From a virus (lineage: Duplodnaviria; Caudoviricetes): DNA of 56,079 nt. The notes beneath the pieces are model-generated. The model was not told the DNA's origin, made no database searches, and saw nothing but the letters and a program-made list of their open reading frames with translations. The position numbers and the translations under genes were made by a program. Where the stretch lies: IMG/VR virus record IMGVR_UViG_3300036945_000489, positions 1 to 56,079 of that record; one strand, written 5' to 3'. This document shows positions 47,259 through 56,079 of the stretch, piece after piece; the stretch's first letter is position 1, and each line of letters starts with the position of its first letter.

Positions 47259-47505
47259 TGTAAAACCTTTCTAATTAATTATACCAAAATTTTGATTACT
47301 GGGGCACACGGATCTCCGCCGTCTTCCCATTCTTTTTCTTCTTCTTCACTCATGTATGGATCGCCATCATGTGTATAGCAGAATGGCTCAGTTACCCAGC
47401 CCTTGTCAATTCCAACCTGAAGCCATTCCCAGACTTCAGATGTATCTACCAATTGTTTTTCGTTCATATATATATTATACTTTCTTCTCAAGTAGTTGTC
47501 AAGTA

Positions 47506-47976
47506 TTAAGTTGCGGTATTCTTTTTAATTTTCATGTTGTTCACAAACTCATGTGATCCAATTAAGTGTGCATTGCCATTAACAATCCATTCAGCATTTA
47601 GCTGTCGTCCAACGCAAAAACTAACAAACCATGAAAGAAAATCTGTCTTTAGCTCTTCTCCTGCATACACTAGAGAGAGGTAGTCCGTGTCCCCAATACG
47701 CTGTGCAGTCACAATGTTTCCTGTTTTTTGTGGACTAAATTCTTCTGGTACCAAATCTTGTTCAGCTCTCCACATACAAAGAAAAGTCTTGCATGGATTT
47801 TCTGGTCTGTTGTCGTAGTCAGAGCATCCTTTATCAACTTCACAGAATTGACAAGGCTTGCCAGGATACATCTCTTCACCATGAATGTTAGCAGTTAGCC
47901 AGCCTTCACAACATTTAGTGCACGATCCACAAGACCTTGCACCTTTCTTGCCAATACCAACTTCAACTTTTCCCAT
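47506..47976 (-). CDS. CxxCxxCC (YkgJ-like) metal-cluster protein
   Basis: CGSCTKCC...PCQF...GCSDY.NRP..PC..F.C.W. Confidence 0.7.
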   Translation of the reverse strand: MGKVEVGIGKKGARSCGSCTKCCEGWLTANIHGEEMYPGKPCQFCEVDKGCSDYDNRPENPCKTFLCMWRAEQDLVPEEFSPQKTGNIVTAQRIGDTDYLSLVYAGEELKTDFLSWFVSFCVGRQLNAEWIVNGNAHLIGSHEFVNNMKIKKNTAT

Positions 47977-48014
47977 TAGTATATTATACTATTCTCAGTT
48001 ATGAATGTCAATGA

Positions 48015-48404
48015 TTATTCTAAGCTCAGCAGGTAATCTGATACCGCTGGATTTTCACGCAAGACTAGCAACAGGGTGTCTTCATACATTGCAATAAAGT
48101 AGTGTTCCCAAATACCAATTAGCTCATCTGACTGAACGTCTTCTAGGTTTGGCTTAATGCCACTTGATCCATTTGAAAAACGGATAGCATGAAAAAGTTC
48201 ATGGAACAATGTTTGACGCTTACGAGATGGTGGACAGTGCTTATCAAGAACAATGATATTGCTCTTCTGAAGAGTATACCCATAGCTATCATCATTGATA
48301 AGTCCATCATCATCACGTGAACGCTCAATAACTGTCCAGTCTTGTGCACCAATCTTAATCTTGGTAGGCACTTTTGGATACTTAATAGTCTTGGCATTAG
48401 CCAT
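48015..48404 (-). CDS. HEXXH metallopeptidase-like protein
   Basis: TLFHELFHA. Confidence 0.65.
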   Translation of the reverse strand: MANAKTIKYPKVPTKIKIGAQDWTVIERSRDDDGLINDDSYGYTLQKSNIIVLDKHCPPSRKRQTLFHELFHAIRFSNGSSGIKPNLEDVQSDELIGIWEHYFIAMYEDTLLLVLRENPAVSDYLLSLE

Positions 48405-48481
48405 AAGAAAACCCCTCCTAAATAGTGTTTACGTCTAGTATACACCACCCAGAAGGGGTTGTCAAGGGGTTGGTAGGGGAT

Positions 48482-48754
48482 TTAGTTTTCTGCGTTCTTG
48501 TCTACCTTTGCGAAGGCTGAGTTGATCTCATCTAGAGTCAGCTTACCATCGTCAAGGAAGGCACGAGCCAGTCTCTCAACCACTGTTGCAACACCCAATA
48601 GTCCAGCCATAGATACAGCCTGGAGGGTGTCAATTCCAATCACAGCACCTGCACCTAGGACTCCAAGTCCTGATGCGGCAAATACTGCGACGATTCTTAG
48701 TAGAATGTTCTTAACAGTGTGCAAGCCACCTGTTACTCCATATTCTTCTTCCAT
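48482..48754 (-). CDS. Membrane protein (holin candidate)
   Basis: Two TM, DDGKLT.DEIN.AF. Confidence 0.6.
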   Translation of the reverse strand: MEEEYGVTGGLHTVKNILLRIVAVFAASGLGVLGAGAVIGIDTLQAVSMAGLLGVATVVERLARAFLDDGKLTLDEINSAFAKVDKNAEN

Positions 48755-48790
48755 TTTACTTTCCTTTCAATAAGCGAATAAATTACTTAG

Positions 48791-48967
48791 TTATTCTTTA
48801 TTTCTAATAGGATATGTAATAATCCATAGACCTAGTGTACCCATGATACAATAGCCAACAATTGTCTTGGCAGATCCCTCTAACACTACCCAGGCAACAA
48901 ACATGCCTAGGAGTGTCCAAGCTTGCCCAAGAATATCGTTGAAGAATTTGATTAGCTTGTCCTTCAT
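48791..48967 (-). CDS. Two-TM membrane protein
   Basis: Start MKDKLIK; hydrophobic. Confidence 0.6.
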   Translation of the reverse strand: MKDKLIKFFNDILGQAWTLLGMFVAWVVLEGSAKTIVGYCIMGTLGLWIITYPIRNKE

Positions 48968-48968
48968 T

Positions 48969-51020
48969 TTATTCCTTTCTTCTGGCTGATGAGCCTGATG
49001 ATGATCCGCCTGATGATCCACCAGTTGTTCCTGATGATCCAGACGCTGTTACAGCTGCTGATGCAGCTGCGGTTGTTGCAGACTGAACAGCATTGATAGC
49101 TGCTCCTGCTGCAATAACGGTTGCGATAACTGTTTCTTCCGCTGCTTCACGGACTTCTGGTGCCATGTCAGCACCAACGTTACCAATATTATTAAATACT
49201 TCTAGAGCTGCTCCTGCAACATCTCCAAGCAAAGGAATTGCTGCAAGCTCAGATGGCAGCTCAGCGTCATCTGCTTCTGCTGCTACTGCAAGAGCTTCTA
49301 GAGCTTGCTCATAGGCTTCTGATCCCTGCTCTGCAGTTTCAAATACAACCAAGGCTGCCTCTACAAGTTGCTCTACCTGTGCATCTGTCAGATCTTCTGG
49401 TGCAGTCTCTACTAGGTTTGAGATCTCCTCTACCGCTGTCACTTCTGTAGGTGGCTCTGGAGCAAGCTCAGGTGCTGGCTCAGGCTCTACAGGAGGTTCT
49501 GGTGCTGGTTCAGGTTGTGGCTCAGGTTCTGCAGGTGGTTCTGGGGCAGGCTCTGGTTGTGGCTCTGGATCTACAATAGGTGGCTCTGGTTCAACCACAG
49601 GAGGTTCTGGAATCACGACAGGTGGTTCTGGCTCTACCACTGGTGGAGCAGGCTCAGGGCTTGGTGCTGGTGATGGCTGAGGCTCAGGAACTGGAAGAGG
49701 AATTGGCTGTGGTTGTGGCTGTGGCTCAATTACTGGTGGAGTTACTATTGGTGGAACCACTACTTGTACTGGCACTATTGACCAGGTAAATCTAGTAACC
49801 TTAACCACTCCTCCGCAAGGATCACCAAAGGTTCCGTTATCCAGAGCCACAGTTATAGATGTTTGACCAATCATCAGGTTGCCCAGCACTGAGGAGACAT
49901 CTGCTCCACATGTTGCATCGTCTGGTGATCCGTACCATGCACGTACAGAGTAGAACTCCCAACCAGCAGGTGCTGTAATGGTTACAGTTTCCCCTTCCCA
50001 GTTTTGCTGAGCCCACCAAGGTTGCTCTACAATCACTGTTGGAGTGGGGGTTGGGGTTGGTTCTGGAGTAGGCTCTGGTGTTGGAGTTAGTGCTAGAATA
50101 GCAGCCTCTAGTCCAGGAATTGAAGCCAAGGCTGTGCTTAAACGTACTTGAGCAGCCTGATTAGCATTTACTGCTGAGCTGTATGCAAGCTGTGCCGTTG
50201 CCAAGGCTGTCTGGGCTGATACAACTGCTGCAGACTCTGCATCGCCATAGGTGGTTGTTTCTGGTATCGTAGTTGTGACACCAGCAATAAGACTAATGTT
50301 GTCAATGCTTCCAGCAAAGTTACCATTCCAGTAACCGTTGTCTACTAGTCGGAACCCAATATCCCACCTAACTGCATCATCAGACAGATTGTAGGTTGCT
50401 GTAAAGTGTGTCCAAGAGAATGTGTCAGCACGGTCACGAGTATCATAGTAGTTTAGTCGTTGTCCTGCGGCGTTGTAGGTTCTGAACTCTACCCTATAGC
50501 CATCTATCTGTGGGCGATTTCCGTCATTGAAGTTATTGTTCGACATGTCATATGAAAATGTAACCTGTCTAACTGGTGATGGAAAAGTTCCAGTTTGGGA
50601 CATAAAGTTATATATGTAGGAGCCAACTAGCACACCGTTGTAAACACGAGCAATGTTTGAGTTAATCACTGTTTCTGGAGATCCCATGCCAATGTTTGAC
50701 CAGTTGGATGCTGTATCAAAGGTTCCGTTTATTACCTGTTGCTGTGCTACTGAGGTAGTAACGGCTGGCGTTACTACTGCCGTTGCAAGCTTGGCAACTA
50801 GTGCAGAGTCGTAAGCTGCCTGGGCATCTATGACATTCTGGCTAGCAGAAGCTAATGTGGCGGCTGTGTCAATTGCATCTTGGCTAGCAGCAGCGACCTC
50901 CTGCTGTCCAGCAATTAGTGCTGACTGAGCCTCGTCTAGAGTTTGAGCATGGGCTGGGGTAGCAAAAAACAATGGCAGGAAAGCCATTGATAACGCTGCT
51001 AAGAATCTTGGGGTTTTAAT
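48969..51020 (-). CDS. Secreted/membrane-anchored Pro-Glu-rich protein with carbohydrate-binding domains; probable ATT start
   Basis: Signal peptide ...PAHA, INGTFD CBM-like domain, AWYG...FGDPC.G..K gal-lectin-like motif, PEP linker, C-terminal hydrophobic segment. Confidence 0.75.
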   Translation of the reverse strand: MKTPRFLAALSMAFLPLFFATPAHAQTLDEAQSALIAGQQEVAAASQDAIDTAATLASASQNVIDAQAAYDSALVAKLATAVVTPAVTTSVAQQQVINGTFDTASNWSNIGMGSPETVINSNIARVYNGVLVGSYIYNFMSQTGTFPSPVRQVTFSYDMSNNNFNDGNRPQIDGYRVEFRTYNAAGQRLNYYDTRDRADTFSWTHFTATYNLSDDAVRWDIGFRLVDNGYWNGNFAGSIDNISLIAGVTTTIPETTTYGDAESAAVVSAQTALATAQLAYSSAVNANQAAQVRLSTALASIPGLEAAILALTPTPEPTPEPTPTPTPTVIVEQPWWAQQNWEGETVTITAPAGWEFYSVRAWYGSPDDATCGADVSSVLGNLMIGQTSITVALDNGTFGDPCGGVVKVTRFTWSIVPVQVVVPPIVTPPVIEPQPQPQPIPLPVPEPQPSPAPSPEPAPPVVEPEPPVVIPEPPVVEPEPPIVDPEPQPEPAPEPPAEPEPQPEPAPEPPVEPEPAPELAPEPPTEVTAVEEISNLVETAPEDLTDAQVEQLVEAALVVFETAEQGSEAYEQALEALAVAAEADDAELPSELAAIPLLGDVAGAALEVFNNIGNVGADMAPEVREAAEETVIATVIAAGAAINAVQSATTAAASAAVTASGSSGTTGGSSGGSSSGSSARRKE

Positions 51021-51080
51021 TCTGTCTCCTTGTTAGTGGGGCATGCCTAACAAGACTATTATATCATTGTTTAAGATAGC

Positions 51081-51113
51081 AAAAAGGGGACCAGACATTT
51101 GTCCAATCCCCTT
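51081..51113 (-). terminator. Intrinsic terminator after nrdF
   Basis: AAGGGGA...TCCCCTT stem followed by T-run on minus strand. Confidence 0.6.
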
Positions 51114-51126
51114 AATGAGTATTAAG

Positions 51127-54195
<3,069 letters not shown>

Positions 54196-54203
<8 letters not shown>

Positions 54204-54597
54204 ATAGCAGACCTAGCCTTTCGTTTACTTTAATTACATCGTCGTCTGTGCCAAAGATTTCTACCTTGGCGATTACTGGTACCCCAGTCTTTTGTGAGAT
54301 CATCTCTGCAGCCTTGCAAAAATGTTCTCCAAAGTTTGTGTTGCCTAAACCAACTACTCCACGTAGCCATGCCCTATTGCTAGGAATGTTTAGGAATTTC
54401 CTAACCTGCCTTGGGATAGCTGACTTATCGCTACCACCTCCATAAGTTGGGACCATCAGAACGTATTCTGTTTCAACATAAACTGGATGTGCAGGGTCCC
54501 AGCTTATAGGAATACGGATAGGTGAACCACCCAACTTTTCAACAAATCTCTTGGTGTTACCTGAATAATTTGAGAAATATACAATTTGTATAGACAT
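54196..54597 (-). CDS. nrdI: Flavodoxin NrdI
   Basis: [29 protein letters not shown]. Confidence 0.95.
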
Positions 54598-54676
54598 CTA
54601 TTCTAACTCCATTTTTTAAAATCAGAGACAAGAAAAGGGAAGGATTTTTGCCCTTCCCCTCTCAAGTATATCCTGA

Positions 54677-55618
54677 CTACTTACGTAGTGCAACCTTGTT
54701 CTTAGGGAACTTCTTGTTCCACTTAGCTGCAAGAGCGTTATACTTCTTGATCTCTGCAGCCTTTAGAGTAGCAGCAGTAGTCTCTGCTAGCACAAGCTTG
54801 GCCTTTAGGATAGCAATCTCTGCATCCTTTTCTGCTACTAGAGCAGCTAGGTCTACAACCTTTAGCTGACCCTTAACAAAACCAACAGGCTTTGCAAGAC
54901 CAGTTACAGCAGTTGCTACGGTAGCAGTTGCTAGTAGGTCATATGCATCTACTGACAGTCCAGTTAGTTCCTTAACGGCAGTACCGTCAGTTACAGTGGT
55001 TAGTGAGTAGGTGTTAGTCGCAGTTGCACTGATTACCTGTAGAGAAACGGTTGCACCAGAAACAGCATTACCAAATACGTCAGTACCAGTAGCAGTTACC
55101 TTTGCGGTAGTTCCTAGAGCAGCAGTTGGAGCAGACAATGCAATTGCATTAAGTGATCCAGCAGTACCCTTTACATAGTAAGTTACAGCAGTAGCTGCAC
55201 CAACAGTCACTACAACCTTGCCAACCTTGGTAGTCTTAGTGTACACCTTGAAACCAGCGGTTGTTCCAGTACCTGTAGTGATGTCTAGACGAGAAACGCC
55301 AGAGCTAGCAGTTACAGGAGCAGATAGAGTTGATACTGCAGTTACTAGGGTTGCATCAGTAGCTACAACAGCTACAGTCTCACCAGCAGTAATGCCAGTA
55401 AGTGCAAAGTCTAGAACGTCAGCAGAGTCTACTGAGTTATCAGCAGGCACTGGTAGAGAGATTGCTAGTGCTTCTGTAGCACCAGTCTTTGTTACTGAGT
55501 CTCCACCAGTTAGTGTGTAGGTTGCACCTACAGCGTTAGCAGGTGAAGCAACCAATGCGGTTGCGGTTAGAACCATTGCAGAAACAATGGCAATTAGTGG
55601 CTTCTTGAATGAAGTCAT
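54677..55618 (-). CDS. Secreted Ig-like surface protein
   Basis: Signal peptide ASPANA, Thr/Ala/Val-rich, TDVFGN.V Ig motif, coiled coil and basic YNALAAKWNKKFP tail. Confidence 0.7.
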   Translation of the reverse strand: MTSFKKPLIAIVSAMVLTATALVASPANAVGATYTLTGGDSVTKTGATEALAISLPVPADNSVDSADVLDFALTGITAGETVAVVATDATLVTAVSTLSAPVTASSGVSRLDITTGTGTTAGFKVYTKTTKVGKVVVTVGAATAVTYYVKGTAGSLNAIALSAPTAALGTTAKVTATGTDVFGNAVSGATVSLQVISATATNTYSLTTVTDGTAVKELTGLSVDAYDLLATATVATAVTGLAKPVGFVKGQLKVVDLAALVAEKDAEIAILKAKLVLAETTAATLKAAEIKKYNALAAKWNKKFPKNKVALRK

Positions 55619-55656
55619 ATGTTTTATTCTCCTTGTTATTTTCTGTGTTTTTTGAT

Positions 55657-56079
55657 TTATATTAAATCAAATCTTGCTAAGTACTCTGTCACATCTTTGG
55701 GAACAGGTTTATATTGTATCACGTTGCCGTCCCCCATGTCAAGTACTGATTTTGGTCTATCCTTGAAAGTGTGAACCTCTACTTCAAGGTTTTGTTCCTT
55801 TGGCGTATGTGATATGGCACCAAAGATAGCACCGCATACAGCATCCGCAAGGTCCTTAGAGGACTTCCTAGGGTGGTCTACACGGTTGTTCTTCATAATC
55901 TTAAGCTCTGTAAGTTCTTCAAAAAGAAGCTCTATTGCTGGCAGGGCTAGTCGCTCTTCATACATAAGCATAGCCATGTCCTCATAGTGCTTCTTAGCAA
56001 CAGAAACGGTTTCAGTTCTTATACCAACAGACTTAAGTTCATTCTGAATATCAAATGATTGCCAACGGTCAAACGAAAC
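55657..56079 (-). CDS. terL: Terminase large subunit, C-terminal nuclease part (runs off right edge)
   Basis: VSFDRWQS...EL..L......VDHP...SKDLADAVCG. Confidence 0.8.
   Translation of the reverse strand, partial: VSFDRWQSFDIQNELKSVGIRTETVSVAKKHYEDMAMLMYEERLALPAIELLFEELTELKIMKNNRVDHPRKSSKDLADAVCGAIFGAISHTPKEQNLEVEVHTFKDRPKSVLDMGDGNVIQYKPVPKDVTEYLARFDLI

Overview
This window is a 56 kb segment of a large lytic actinobacteriophage, probably from freshwater. It encodes WhiB, class Ib NrdH/I/E/F, ThyX, GroES, Hsp20, an M23 endolysin, 10 tRNAs and the C-terminus of TerL. Layout: 1-12.7 kb holds minus-strand virion and tail-fibre genes. About 13.3-27.7 kb is a plus-strand island of small early genes bounded by AT-rich non-coding DNA with paired DnaA boxes. 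28-56 kb holds mostly minus-strand metabolic, glycosylation, tRNA and lysis genes. The most unusual signal is in the early island. Much of its coding DNA is almost free of 4-5 bp restriction palindromes. It is punctuated by nine ~65 bp intergenic modules (TTGACA-N18/19-CG core-~29 nt-TTAAGA) that are packed with those palindromes. The right arm of each module is interchangeably a second inverted -35, a DnaA-box pair or an 11-bp-phased OmpR-type repeat. The island also has at least 17 copies of a TGTCW-N11-TAnnnT promoter class and four co-varying H-type RNA pseudoknots just after stop codons. All motif counts were made by eye; functions are hypotheses.
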